Below are positions 1 through 10,625 of a stretch of DNA of 56,383 nt, piece by piece (the first letter of the stretch is position 1; every line of letters begins with the position of its first letter). Position numbers and translations under genes: made by a program. A model generated the notes under the pieces. The model did not search any database. It was given only the letters and a program-made list of their open reading frames with translations, and had not been told where the DNA came from. The stretch comes from a virus. Taxonomy: Duplodnaviria; Caudoviricetes. Where the stretch lies: the IMG/VR virus record IMGVR_UViG_3300031841_002004, positions 1 to 56,383 of that record; one strand, written 5' to 3'.

Positions 1-49
1 GTATTTCTCAACCATTATTACGACACGCGAGAGGCACACAGTAGGTTGC

Positions 50-3000
50 CTACCTTGCCCCAGCTAATGGACTGAGCATTGCTTGAGCCTCTGCCTTCTT
101 TCTCTCCCGTGCTTTTTTCTGAGCCTCGCTCTGAATGGTGCGGTAGAGAAGGTAGAGCTTCTGCTGTTCCGGTGTCATAGTATTCAAGGCTTCATCTGGT
201 ACTGAGATGTTTTCATAAACTCTCGTGCCAGGCGTGCCTTGGAGAATTTCATTTAGCATGTCACGGGCAGCTCGCGACCGTGCAAGCTCTGGATCAACGT
301 CAGAGATTTTTACACCAAGTGCGTTATTGACTAGCAACTTAATAGCACGTTGTTGAGGTGTCAGCCTGTCGTCGGTAATTCCTTGGAAGATACTCATGCC
401 CTTAGAACCGAATGGCACAATGTTTCTGATGAAGTTTTCCAAAGGACGATAGCCGGGGCCAAACTGTTTCTCTAGTGAAGAGAACGTATCCCGAAGATTC
501 TTGCCAGTATACAACTGCGTCCCAGTTGCTGACTCAATCCCAAACTTAATCAGTGGGTTTGATTGACCGGCAATGTTAGCAAGTGTTTTCGCCGCAGTGT
601 CAGACAGACTGCCACCCTGTGTTAGTAAGTCGAATGTACCTTCCCAAGGCAAGTCGATGTTTGTCAGGTAACGCTGCAAACCTTCCGCTCCGCCATACGC
701 CGCTGGCAATGGTATAGCAGCAGACTTACGGAGATATTCAGGCACGAAGTTTTCTTCTGTGGGTTGGCTTGCTCTGTTGACTGCCCGTATGGATTGACCC
801 ATCACGCCACCAGGACGATACACCATGTTGTTTGCAATCGAAGGCAAGATACCTCGCTGGAATGAATAGAAAGGTATGAGCTGTTTAATGTAGTCGTTCT
901 CAAACCTTGTGAATGCTTCTGGTCTATAATCGACGTTTGCCATTCTTGAAAGGTCGCCAGCTACACCAGGTGCAACACCTTTCCTTGCTTGATTTAAGAA
1001 CGTGCCTAATCGCAGTGTGTCTTCAACAGCCTCGTTGCCATAATCAATGGCTTGCAAAAGAGGGTTCGTGTTTTCTCTCAGCGGCTTAGGATTTCTAAGT
1101 CCCCGTACCCCACGCATACCAAAGAAGTTACTCGGCTTCAAACCTTCTTTGATTGCGCCAAGTATGTTCGGTCGCTCTTTATCTAAACCAGGCAATGCAC
1201 GGGATTCTTTATTTGCAATACCAGCTAGGTCTGATACTACGTTGCCGCCCAACAAATCTTGAGCTGCTGCTTCTCTGGCAAACTTAAAATAAATCTCGTC
1301 GTCTAGGTCTTGCCCCGCAAACTTAGCTTCTAATTCACGGTAGGCTGGAGTTCCTTTAAGTCTTTTAACAATATCATCTTTCAAAGACTTCCCGGTAATC
1401 ACTCCTGTGCCACCACCCCTAGCAGCAAAAAAGTCTAGGATGTTTCCTGCACCTAACGATGCATTATTAGCCAAACCAGAATAGAGGTTACGAACTAAGA
1501 ACGCTGGGTTCCCCAAGGCCCCAACTTTAAATGCATTGGTAAACTGTCGATACGCACCACCAAGTCCAGTGATAGGTTCACGGACAGTAGTTTGCGGCTG
1601 AAGAGTGGTCAGTGCATCTAGTAGCTTCTTGTCAATTGCAGCCTTGCCAGGAGTACGCTGTATCTTCTTTTTTCCCTTTGATGTGAACTTGCCAAGAAGT
1701 TCATTCATTCTCTTGCTTTTATTAGCAAGACCAAGAGAACCTGTCGCCCCTATGAAAGGCTCGAAACCTATCGGCGCACTATCGGCCTTGGTCTGACGAA
1801 GCCCTCTGCCAACTTCTTTCCCAAGAAGGTCATAGATTGCATTCAGGGAACCAACGTCAGCAGCACCTATCTTGAGCCTGCTTCTTATATTATCCATCAC
1901 TGGTGAGTCAAAGAGACCAACGCCACCTTCTTTGTATTGCAGGTCGAGATTAAGAAGGCGTTTTGCCATGTCGCGATAGAACTCTTTAATCTCTGCGTTC
2001 TTCGCTCGCAGCATTCCTCTGGATTTATCGACGGCACGAAAATCAATATTGGGAACAATCTCTTTAAACTTAGCAGCGTTTCTAGCAACTCTCTGTGCTT
2101 CAGCATTGGAAAGCTTTGGTTTTGCTTCTAGGACAAGGTCAAAGTTTCTATTGAAGTTTTCTTCGTCTAAAGCTTTTGCTGCCTTGTATTCGTCAGACTT
2201 TAAGAAGTTGCCAAGATTATCTCCGTATAGCGTCTTGACCTCTGGCTCAACGCCAAACGCATCTCGCATTGCAGAGCGATACGCCTTGTTGATTTCTTCG
2301 CGTGCTGCCTTGTTATTTATTTCACCAAACCCGAGGCTATCACCCAATACGTCTTGAAGATATTCACTCCCCATATCTCCAAACTTTTTTTCAGTCGTGA
2401 ACTTCCGCATCAACCACTGAGGCAAGTCAAGCTCCGGCTTCCTGCCTTTCACGCCCTGACCAAAAATCTTTGACTGACGAGCATACGCACCTGGCTTCTT
2501 GCGAATTCCTTCAGGTAACATAGCTTTGTTAAACGATTGGCTTTGTCGTGGGATGTAACCTAGGCCGGTTAGTTTTCCTTCTGCATCTAGGTTGCCTGTG
2601 CGAGTCCAGTTGTTTGACACGAATTCAGCAGCATCACCACCAGCATCTTCGGTCATCTTCCGAAGTCTAGGGCCTAAGTCCTTAACGAAGTTCGCTAAGT
2701 CCATGTACTCTTTGTTCTGTGAAACTGCCTTGTAGACAGGATTCTTTTCTACTTGAACAGCGAAGTATGCGGGGTCTTCGACAAAGTCATTAATAGCTCT
2801 TTGTATTTCAATATCATTTACTGGTATGACTTCGCCTAAGTCGTTTACGAGGGGGCTTGTTTTAGCCCTAATAAGTTTGTCGTCAAACTGCCCGTCCCCA
2901 CCAATTAAATATTCAGCGCCTAGAGTTGAGTCACGAACTTTCTTTCGTGATAACTTCTGCCCAGCCAAAGTGCCTTCGAGGTCACCGGGGATATAAAAGC

Positions 3001-3871
3001 CGCCCGAGTCTGTGTTGAACAACGCAGACAGTCTTGTCGTAGCAGGGCCAAGGTATGGGTTTTCCGTAGCAAACTTAGCGACGGTATCGCCAACCTTTGC
3101 GGGCAATCCTCCAACAAGCGGAAGGTCAAATGCTGTGTTTATGTTTGTGCCAGGTATGCCAATACTCAAGTCTTTAGCTAGAGGCTGCTTCAGTGCTTCA
3201 TCTAAAGGAGCCGTTCCACCAAACCGCTCATACTGCTGTGCAAATGTCCCTCTTGCGTCTTTTTCTAATTGTTTAGCAGCTCCTTCGGGCAAGTCTATTT
3301 TACCTAGGTGTGTCAGAAAATCGTCAGCCGTTTTTGTTCTATACAACTCACGCACGCCCACGCCTAGTTCGTCAGCGTACTGCTTCGCAAAACGAGAAGC
3401 ACCAGAGGCATCCAGTGCTTTCATCGCTTTTGTAGCAGCACCCTTACCAAAGGTACTTGCACCAGGAGCAATGTAGGTTAAGGGGTCTAATAGAACTTCC
3501 CCTACCATTCCCGCCGTCCAGTTACCCCAACTATCTTCTGCGTTATCGTCGAGCAAACCATAGTCTCGCATTAATTCGCGACCATCAACTCGTTCATCGA
3601 ACGTGCCGAATGCAGATAGAGGGTCGCCTGCAAGAGTGCCTCTAACTAACGCACCAGGTAAGTCAAGAATCCAACCAGCACCAGCAAGACCAGATGCACC
3701 CATTTCCGCAAGACTGCGGAGCATGCCCTTCTTTTCTTCTGGCTCTATGAGGTCAGCTATTGTTAAGTCGCGGTCATCTCCGTACTCACGACCTCTGAGC
3801 ATTCCCATCTCTGCTTGACGTTGTAGTATGCCGTATGGGTCATACCTATCTATCAGAGGTGAACGAGCCAT
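50..3871 (-). CDS. Large putative internal virion (ejected) protein, 1273 aa
   Basis: Long, largely helical ORF at the distal end of the tail operon, where podoviruses encode ejection proteins. No catalytic motif recognised. Confidence 0.55.
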   Translation of the reverse strand: MARSPLIDRYDPYGILQRQAEMGMLRGREYGDDRDLTIADLIEPEEKKGMLRSLAEMGASGLAGAGWILDLPGALVRGTLAGDPLSAFGTFDERVDGRELMRDYGLLDDNAEDSWGNWTAGMVGEVLLDPLTYIAPGASTFGKGAATKAMKALDASGASRFAKQYADELGVGVRELYRTKTADDFLTHLGKIDLPEGAAKQLEKDARGTFAQQYERFGGTAPLDEALKQPLAKDLSIGIPGTNINTAFDLPLVGGLPAKVGDTVAKFATENPYLGPATTRLSALFNTDSGGFYIPGDLEGTLAGQKLSRKKVRDSTLGAEYLIGGDGQFDDKLIRAKTSPLVNDLGEVIPVNDIEIQRAINDFVEDPAYFAVQVEKNPVYKAVSQNKEYMDLANFVKDLGPRLRKMTEDAGGDAAEFVSNNWTRTGNLDAEGKLTGLGYIPRQSQSFNKAMLPEGIRKKPGAYARQSKIFGQGVKGRKPELDLPQWLMRKFTTEKKFGDMGSEYLQDVLGDSLGFGEINNKAAREEINKAYRSAMRDAFGVEPEVKTLYGDNLGNFLKSDEYKAAKALDEENFNRNFDLVLEAKPKLSNAEAQRVARNAAKFKEIVPNIDFRAVDKSRGMLRAKNAEIKEFYRDMAKRLLNLDLQYKEGGVGLFDSPVMDNIRSRLKIGAADVGSLNAIYDLLGKEVGRGLRQTKADSAPIGFEPFIGATGSLGLANKSKRMNELLGKFTSKGKKKIQRTPGKAAIDKKLLDALTTLQPQTTVREPITGLGGAYRQFTNAFKVGALGNPAFLVRNLYSGLANNASLGAGNILDFFAARGGGTGVITGKSLKDDIVKRLKGTPAYRELEAKFAGQDLDDEIYFKFAREAAAQDLLGGNVVSDLAGIANKESRALPGLDKERPNILGAIKEGLKPSNFFGMRGVRGLRNPKPLRENTNPLLQAIDYGNEAVEDTLRLGTFLNQARKGVAPGVAGDLSRMANVDYRPEAFTRFENDYIKQLIPFYSFQRGILPSIANNMVYRPGGVMGQSIRAVNRASQPTEENFVPEYLRKSAAIPLPAAYGGAEGLQRYLTNIDLPWEGTFDLLTQGGSLSDTAAKTLANIAGQSNPLIKFGIESATGTQLYTGKNLRDTFSSLEKQFGPGYRPLENFIRNIVPFGSKGMSIFQGITDDRLTPQQRAIKLLVNNALGVKISDVDPELARSRAARDMLNEILQGTPGTRVYENISVPDEALNTMTPEQQKLYLLYRTIQSEAQKKARERKKAEAQAMLSPLAGAR

Positions 3872-3874
3872 TTA

Positions 3875-5704
3875 TTAAGGAGTAGGTAATCCTGTTTGGT
3901 TAGCGGAAGGTGATGCCCCGGCTCTTGATGGCTCTTTATACAACCCTGCCATGCCTTCAACTAAAGCCACTGCCTGTTCTTGCGATATTCCTGGCATTGC
4001 AGCAATTTCTACTATAGCGGCTTGCTTTTCTTTTTCTGTTAAAGCTGTACCAGGCCGTAAACTATCCTTCCTTACGGCGTATTTATCCAAGACATTAGTT
4101 ACCTTCACAAACTGTGCTTCACCCATTCGTTGTAGAATTTCTTGAGCTTGTGCTTCTTTAAGTTTAGCATCTGCTGTAGCTGTAGTTTGAGCAATCGCGG
4201 TTTGTTGTTTAAGAACTTCAAGTCTTTCTGCCCTGTCCGCAGCTGCTTCTTTGAATTCTCGTTGTCTTTCTGCCTCCGCATCCCGCCCTTGGGCAAGAAG
4301 CTCTTCACTCCTACGGTCTGCTGCCCTAATTTCTTGCTCAAGCCTTGACTGCAAGGCAGCCAGTTCGTTCACGCTTAATTCTTTCTTGAGTGCTGCGTCC
4401 ACTGCTGCAAGCTTCGCGGCATTTTCTGCGCCAATGGTAGCAACATCAATCTTTGACTGTGCGTCAATTTCAGCTACACCCATATTGGATTTTTTATTTG
4501 TCCTTGCAACTTTTTCAAGAGCCGCTGCCTTCCTGTCTTCAATATCAAACTTAGTTGACTCAGGCATCATCTGCTGCATTGCTCGTCTGCGGAACTCTTC
4601 ACTCATGTTAATTCCACCAGGAAGCTCTCCTCCCATCAGTAGCATCTGAGCATTAATATTGTTCTGCGTTGGACTGACTCCAGCCAGCATGCCGCGAGCT
4701 TGAATAAGCTGCTTACGGCTTGCCTTGTCAGCAACTTGGTCTCTTCTCTTCTGTCTAACTTCAGGACTGTCAGGATCAACACGCAAGCCCATAGAGCCAT
4801 CCATCTTTCGGTATGGCGTGTACTGAGTTTGGTCTGAATATCCGCTGCGGTCACGCATGCGATTCATTCGGGTTTGCAATTGCTTCATTTGATGTGGATT
4901 TAACACGCCCCTATCTTCGGTCAGACCCATCTTGCCCACTATGGTTGGGTTAACAAAAGTCGCATTCCCCTCTGCATCAACGCCTTCAATGTAATCGTAA
5001 GCAGGTGTACCGTCCCAATCTTTTGTAGTTAATCCGAACACCTCTTGCGCCATTGCTATATCATCTGGGCTGTGCGTCATCTGCTTTCCGCCATGAACCC
5101 GTGTAACAGGAACAGTGCGGTCAGGGTCTTCAGCGGTTGGGCTAGCAACTTGAACTTCCTCTTGCCTAAAACCTCCAGTAACAGTTGGGTCTTGTTCTAC
5201 TAGATTGTCATAGGTTCGTGGCTCAATCATGCCTAGACGCTCTGCTTCATCTCGCTGGCGATTGTAAACATCCTTCTCTACAGCCATGCGGTCTGCCATC
5301 TTTTGGTCAGCTTTCGCCTGGTCATTGCTTTGCTTTAAGACCCCTCGCTCCAGACCAGCATCGTAAGAATTGTCGATGAAGTGACCGTATCCTTCTTCAC
5401 CATCAGAGAGCAATGGATTGCCGCTACCAGCCATAGGGTCAACGCCCATGTCTAAACCTGGCGCACCAACTAATCCACCGTTCAAAGACTCAGGCCCAAG
5501 GTTAAACGGAACTCCATCATCGGGAGGAAGATTGTCTTTACTGTATGGCCCAGGTGCTTGCAAGAATTCTTGGTATTGCTCAGGGGTCGCGTCAGGAGCA
5601 TTTCCTCGAAGTTGCAATAATGCAAACTCTACAGGAACACCATCTCGTTGGGCGATAGCCTGCGCCTGTGCTAAGACTGCTGGGTCATTAATATCAACCG
5701 GCAT
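3875..5704 (-). CDS. Putative internal virion protein with coiled-coil C-terminal half, 609 aa
   Basis: A/E/Q/K-rich coiled-coil segment; position in the ejection-protein cluster. Confidence 0.45.
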   Translation of the reverse strand: MPVDINDPAVLAQAQAIAQRDGVPVEFALLQLRGNAPDATPEQYQEFLQAPGPYSKDNLPPDDGVPFNLGPESLNGGLVGAPGLDMGVDPMAGSGNPLLSDGEEGYGHFIDNSYDAGLERGVLKQSNDQAKADQKMADRMAVEKDVYNRQRDEAERLGMIEPRTYDNLVEQDPTVTGGFRQEEVQVASPTAEDPDRTVPVTRVHGGKQMTHSPDDIAMAQEVFGLTTKDWDGTPAYDYIEGVDAEGNATFVNPTIVGKMGLTEDRGVLNPHQMKQLQTRMNRMRDRSGYSDQTQYTPYRKMDGSMGLRVDPDSPEVRQKRRDQVADKASRKQLIQARGMLAGVSPTQNNINAQMLLMGGELPGGINMSEEFRRRAMQQMMPESTKFDIEDRKAAALEKVARTNKKSNMGVAEIDAQSKIDVATIGAENAAKLAAVDAALKKELSVNELAALQSRLEQEIRAADRRSEELLAQGRDAEAERQREFKEAAADRAERLEVLKQQTAIAQTTATADAKLKEAQAQEILQRMGEAQFVKVTNVLDKYAVRKDSLRPGTALTEKEKQAAIVEIAAMPGISQEQAVALVEGMAGLYKEPSRAGASPSANQTGLPTP

Positions 5705-5714
5705 GTTCTATTCC

Positions 5715-6146
5715 TTATTTCAAAAGCGTAGCTGGCGTAGACAAAGGCATCGGGCGAGACTCTTGGACAAGAGCCGCTGTGCCTAGCGGAGAAACATCTA
5801 GTGCGTCCGCTGGTATTTTGTTTCCGTATGAATCTCGTTTGGCTTCTTGGACTGCTTCTCTTGCGAGGTCAAGTGGATCACTGCCTTCACTAGTCTCTTC
5901 TCCAGTGACTGCTTCCATTACCTCTTCCATGACTTCACCGATTTCACCTGGAACTTCTCCATCGCTTTCAATGACAGTTACCGATGCCTCTGGTATTTCG
6001 TCAACAGCCTCACCACCATCAACAACATCAAGGATTTCTGACAAAGCAACTAAGTCCTCAAGCGTCATGTTCTCGTCGCCCATCACAGGTGCGCCTTGAG
6101 TCTGTAGTTCTTGGATTAGACGAGACAGAATTTCAGGACTAAGCAT
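5715..6146 (-). CDS. Acidic hypothetical protein, 143 aa
   Basis: Start re-called at MLSPEIL (ATG at 6146), overlapping the upstream stop; E/D-rich. Confidence 0.6.
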   Translation of the reverse strand: MLSPEILSRLIQELQTQGAPVMGDENMTLEDLVALSEILDVVDGGEAVDEIPEASVTVIESDGEVPGEIGEVMEEVMEAVTGEETSEGSDPLDLAREAVQEAKRDSYGNKIPADALDVSPLGTAALVQESRPMPLSTPATLLK

Positions 6147-6396
6147 CTTTCTTTTTTTTCTTTCTACGAGGGATGTCGGCAAGCCCTTCTTTAGGCAAGT
6201 CATCTTCTTCTACTTCTGGCGTGTCAGGTTTACCGTGCATCTCTTCGTCAAGGTCAGCAAGGTCATTCTTCTCGCCTTTCTTTAAGTACCTGTCCATAAT
6301 TTGTTTTTCTTTTTCTTCGTCCGCCTTTAGCAGCTCATTAACGAGTCTTTGCAACGCTCCCTTAGTGAGGTCGCTAAGTTCCATTTCCATCTTCAT
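6139..6396 (-). CDS. Small charged hypothetical protein
   Basis: Coupled to its neighbours by overlapping start and stop codons. Confidence 0.6.
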   Translation of the reverse strand: MKMEMELSDLTKGALQRLVNELLKADEEKEKQIMDRYLKKGEKNDLADLDEEMHGKPDTPEVEEDDLPKEGLADIPRRKKKKKDA

Positions 6397-6812
6397 GAGA
6401 GCAAATCTCCTAATAAGCCAGAGGCGAAATTCATCATCATTTGTTGTTGACTAAGTCTGTTCATCACATCTGAGTAATAATCGTTTGCAGCAAAACCACT
6501 TTGCTGTTGAGCGTAATCTGCATCAGCGCCTTGAGCTTCTAGCTGGTCTGCGCCTTGCTGCGAGCGAGACTGCAAGTCCTGTTGGTAGGCTTGCTGTAGT
6601 CCTTCAACCATGTCAGCCGATGCACTGATCCCTGCCTGATGTTTTGTTCCAGCACCGCGAGAAACACCTGGTCTGTCCAGTTGTTTCATGTGACCTCTCG
6701 GGTCACCAAGTGCAAGAGCCTGAGCGTACTGATTGCTCATTACTGAATTCCGAGTGCTATCACTCAGACCAGGCATCATGCTCTTATAGTTTTGGGCAAA
6801 GGTTTCACTCAC
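6393..6812 (-). CDS. Q/A-rich hypothetical virion protein
   Basis: 4-nt overlaps on both sides; ends with GLLGDLLS, similar to the C-terminus of the upstream ORF (ILGGLFS). Confidence 0.55.
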   Translation of the reverse strand: MSETFAQNYKSMMPGLSDSTRNSVMSNQYAQALALGDPRGHMKQLDRPGVSRGAGTKHQAGISASADMVEGLQQAYQQDLQSRSQQGADQLEAQGADADYAQQQSGFAANDYYSDVMNRLSQQQMMMNFASGLLGDLLS

Positions 6813-7144
6813 GAAAATAGACCTCCTAGAATAGGATTAACCATGCCCATCATCATGTTGGCTTGCTGCATTTGGGCTTGCTGTTGCTGCTGTTTGTTGT
6901 TGGCAACCTGATTCAAAGCCTGAAGAGTTAAGTCTCGCTGTTTAGCCAGCTCTGCATTGTAAAGCTTTGCCCTCTCTCGCTCTGCGTAGGCGGACATGTC
7001 AGCCGCTGCCATGTTTGCCATGCCACGATAAACATCATCGTTCACAACCCCAGCACCCAGCGGAGATTCCGTTGGCATTACGGGAGGCTGATTCATAAAC
7101 GGGTTCGGTACGTTTAGATTTGTTTGAGTTGTAAATGCTGCCAT
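6809..7144 (-). CDS. Q/M-rich hypothetical virion protein
   Basis: ORF in the tightly packed late operon. Confidence 0.55.
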   Translation of the reverse strand: MAAFTTQTNLNVPNPFMNQPPVMPTESPLGAGVVNDDVYRGMANMAAADMSAYAERERAKLYNAELAKQRDLTLQALNQVANNKQQQQQAQMQQANMMMGMVNPILGGLFS

Positions 7145-7161
7145 GTTTTATGCCTAGCTTT

Positions 7162-9462
7162 TTAACCTTGCTTTAGAACTGGTAATGCCCTCCCAGGCCC
7201 TACCGATGGCGAGTAATTCGGAAACATTGGAGCGATATAACCAGGGTCGCCTGGGAGTTGCATACCGCCATATACAGGCATCTGGTATGTACCGCCTGGC
7301 CCTGTAAGGGTTCTTTGGCCTGTTATTGGCCCCATGTTTGTCTTACGAATCTGTTCGTTGCGTCTTGCAGCAGCCCTCTCTGCCTGCTCTCGCATCATTT
7401 TTCTTTGCTTGTAATCAATGTAGTTCTGTTCAGCTTGACGTTGTCTGCGGTCGGCTTCAGCCTGACGCTCTTCACCACTCATAAAGAATGGGTTGTCACC
7501 GAACGAATCATCAAACAGGTCTTGCAGGATTTGGTTCTGGCCTTCAAAGTTAGCTTGCTGCTGATCCATCGTTCCTTGATATCCAGTGTCAAGCCTGTCT
7601 CCCTGCGTTTGGAGCATGTCGTTGAAGTTTCTTACTTGCGACCCGTAACCCCCTCCTAGCCTGTCTTGTGTATTAGTAAGCATTCCAGCGAGTCCACCCA
7701 TACCAGCAAGCGCAAGTGCATTATTTTGAGTCATTACGTCTTGAGCTTTATCGAATTGGTCTGAGTAGCTGCCGAATCCAGTATTGATATCGTCGCGAGT
7801 TGAGTCGATGTTGCCTGTTGTGGCTTGGAACGCATCGCCCAAATCGCCAAGGATTCCACTGTAATCTGTGCCAGAACTACCAACCATGTCGTAAGCGCGG
7901 TCGCGAGCATTGCCAATTTCTTGATAGCCCTGATTGGCAAGGTTAATAAAATCACCTCGCATAGTATCAAGCATCGACTTGTTATCTAAAGTGTTTTGGT
8001 TGTAAGCATTGCCCATCGTGTCCAAAACTGTATTGAAATTAGTATTGAGCATTCCAGGGATTTCGCTGTCTTGAATCCCCAAACGAATCTTGTCTAGTTC
8101 TGAGTATGCTTGGTTTGCAGCTTCTCGGTTTCTAATCTCGTCCATCACGGAGTCGATGCCACCGTATGCTCTATCCCCTAAGTCTTGGTTGTTGGCTAAT
8201 CCTTGCAATGCATTAAGCTGATCAAACCCTCTTTGACCCGCTGCATCAATGCCCCCATAAGCGCCGCCAATGGCTTCACTCATTATTTCGTTTGGACGCT
8301 GACTGCTTTGACTTTCAGAAGTTTTAGTCCCGCCAGCATCAACACTTCCACCACCACCAACTGATACTCCACCTCCAGTACCACTCACAGTAGATGTGTT
8401 AATAATTTCACCGTTTGGCCCAACAGCAGTTACGGTAGTTGGCGAACCACCACCACTAAAACTGTCAAATAATCCCCCGAGGTTTACCGTAGACTCAGTG
8501 CTTGAGGAATCATCTCTGTTGATTAGGTATGGGGCTGCGCCAGACATCACATCTGCATATGACTGACCAAGATTTCCGCCAAGTGCAGCAGACGACTGAC
8601 CAAGTCCAGTTAATGCTCGTAGGCGTTCGGCTTCAATCTGTCCGCCAAGATTAGCGTATGCATTCCCCGCACCAGCGAGAGCCTGATCCCGCGAGCGAAT
8701 GTCTTCGATACCTACATTCGCAACACCTTGCCCTAAGTTAGCCAAACCTTGGTTTTGGCTTATTCCAAAATCTGACAAGGCGTTTTGGTTTTCGTTGCCC
8801 AGTACTGCTAAGGTTTGTAGGTAATTTTGATTATTAGCAGCGGCATTTGCCATAGCGGCATTACTCATCCCGCCATAGTTTGCCAGTGCTGAGTTTGCTA
8901 ATCCTCCCAACGCTCCAAAATCACCTTGTGCTATATCGCCAATAGACTGATATCTTGCAGCCCCCTCATTGCCCATTGCACCAGCAACATTACTTAGAGC
9001 ATTTCCATAATTAGACTGCGCTCCAGTGTACCCCCGCATGGCTTCTGAAAGAGCATTATTGTAAGAACCGTAACCAGTTGTGTATTGACCATACATGTCA
9101 GCCATTTCATTGGCCGAGCCTTGCCCTAGCTGGCCCATCGCATTTGCATAAGCCCCATAAGTGCCACCTAGGTTGTTCATGTAGTCCGACCCAGCTTGGG
9201 TCACGCCGCTACCGTATGTGTTTAGGAGGTTGCCGTGACCACCAACGTAAGCTTCATAACCTCGCATCGCGGCATCGCTATTCTGCCCGAACATGTCTCG
9301 GTACAGGCCACCGAATTGGCCTGGAATTTGGGCGAGTGTATCTTGGTGCTTAAAAAAAGCATCAGGACGACCTGCCGCAGGCGAACCAAACGTAGGTTTA
9401 ACTACGCCCCCACTGCCACCCGGTTGCTCCATTGGCCTATAATTAATCGTACTTCTGATCAT
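7162..9462 (-). CDS. G/N/Q/A-rich putative DNA pilot/ejection protein, 766 aa
   Basis: Low-complexity helical repeats typical of pilot proteins; AAGGAG RBS upstream. Confidence 0.5.
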   Translation of the reverse strand: MIRSTINYRPMEQPGGSGGVVKPTFGSPAAGRPDAFFKHQDTLAQIPGQFGGLYRDMFGQNSDAAMRGYEAYVGGHGNLLNTYGSGVTQAGSDYMNNLGGTYGAYANAMGQLGQGSANEMADMYGQYTTGYGSYNNALSEAMRGYTGAQSNYGNALSNVAGAMGNEGAARYQSIGDIAQGDFGALGGLANSALANYGGMSNAAMANAAANNQNYLQTLAVLGNENQNALSDFGISQNQGLANLGQGVANVGIEDIRSRDQALAGAGNAYANLGGQIEAERLRALTGLGQSSAALGGNLGQSYADVMSGAAPYLINRDDSSSTESTVNLGGLFDSFSGGGSPTTVTAVGPNGEIINTSTVSGTGGGVSVGGGGSVDAGGTKTSESQSSQRPNEIMSEAIGGAYGGIDAAGQRGFDQLNALQGLANNQDLGDRAYGGIDSVMDEIRNREAANQAYSELDKIRLGIQDSEIPGMLNTNFNTVLDTMGNAYNQNTLDNKSMLDTMRGDFINLANQGYQEIGNARDRAYDMVGSSGTDYSGILGDLGDAFQATTGNIDSTRDDINTGFGSYSDQFDKAQDVMTQNNALALAGMGGLAGMLTNTQDRLGGGYGSQVRNFNDMLQTQGDRLDTGYQGTMDQQQANFEGQNQILQDLFDDSFGDNPFFMSGEERQAEADRRQRQAEQNYIDYKQRKMMREQAERAAARRNEQIRKTNMGPITGQRTLTGPGGTYQMPVYGGMQLPGDPGYIAPMFPNYSPSVGPGRALPVLKQG

Positions 9463-9480
9463 GCATAATCTCCTTACTGG

Positions 9481-9489
9481 CTATTGTCC
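9481..9489 (-). promoter_or_regulatory. Putative late-promoter core GGACAATAG
   Basis: Intergenic copy of the GGACAnT motif also found before the portal, scaffold and first late gene. Confidence 0.55.
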
Positions 9490-9515
9490 GGTTGCGGGGA
9501 AATGGTCAAAAAAAG

Positions 9516-10625
9516 CTATGTAGGGCCGCTTACGCCTAGTCCTGGGCCGCAAATCATAGCTCCCTGTTTACCATTTACGAGCTTTGAGGAAGACCCTTCG
9601 AGTGCCCGTGAAGAATCTGTTTTGTTTAAAACATAGTCAGGAATTGGAATGGTTATGGTTCCATCAAAGGTGATTGTGCAGTCGCTGTTTACAGTACCCG
9701 ACAACCCAGAAATGTTGGCTTCATAAGCTGTGTTAGTTCCTTGCGACAACGTGTAGGTTGGGTAGGTGGAATGCGTTGGAACTTCCACGTTTAATGGCGA
9801 GTTCTGATTCATGACAGGCCCAACGCATGACCGAGGCAGATTTGGGCCATTCATAAATATGTTGGTTATGTACTCATTGAAGTACTGATGGATATGGGTG
9901 TGCTGGTTAGTTATTTCGTTGACGATGTTTTGAGTGATTTCCGTGACGAACTTGTTTGTTACATGCGTGTGGTAATGCTCGTCACCCTCGTATGTGTTCT
10001 CAATGTTGGTTTCATTGATGTGGGTGTGATTCTCGTTGTAGGTGTCGCCTTCGTTTGTAATGTTGTAGGTATCACCCTCTTCGGTGAAATTCATAATTGT
10101 GTCGCCTTCGTGAACCGTCAGGTTCTTGTGCGTCACAGGCCCCTCAAACGTAATAGTGTTACCCTCAGTGAAGTTGTACGTTTCACTGTAGTTTGTGGTA
10201 GGGAATGAAAACTGGTCGCCGTGGGTAATGTGAGTTGACATATTGTAGTTTGTAGTCCGTGACCACGATGACATGTCCCATACCGAGTTATCGTTGTATT
10301 GATTCCACACATCGCCTTCGTTGTAAATGTTTTGATATGTACTCAAGTACTCTTGGAAGTTTTGAATAAACTGACGATTGTCGTTAGCATTCCACGCCCG
10401 GTTGTCATCACCGTATATATTCTGATGAACATCACCTCCGCGATAATCACCTGAACTCAGGTTCTTTGAGCCACCAAATGTAATTGGCCCGCCAACCGTC
10501 ATTCCTCCGCTGTGGCTTAAAGGTTGAGCGCAATTTCCAAGGCTTTGCATGAGAGCGCGTATCGTGTTTTGATCAAGCGACCCAGACAAGGCTTTCGCCA
10601 TGTTGGGCATATTTCTTGTATTCAT
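9516..10625 (-). CDS. Putative tail needle/spike with T/N/H/E-rich beta-helical repeats
   Basis: Repeated EGDT(Y)N-type units and HxH motifs (HYHTH, HTHIH); immediately downstream of the nozzle gene. Confidence 0.45.
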   Translation of the reverse strand: MNTRNMPNMAKALSGSLDQNTIRALMQSLGNCAQPLSHSGGMTVGGPITFGGSKNLSSGDYRGGDVHQNIYGDDNRAWNANDNRQFIQNFQEYLSTYQNIYNEGDVWNQYNDNSVWDMSSWSRTTNYNMSTHITHGDQFSFPTTNYSETYNFTEGNTITFEGPVTHKNLTVHEGDTIMNFTEEGDTYNITNEGDTYNENHTHINETNIENTYEGDEHYHTHVTNKFVTEITQNIVNEITNQHTHIHQYFNEYITNIFMNGPNLPRSCVGPVMNQNSPLNVEVPTHSTYPTYTLSQGTNTAYEANISGLSGTVNSDCTITFDGTITIPIPDYVLNKTDSSRALEGSSSKLVNGKQGAMICGPGLGVSGPT

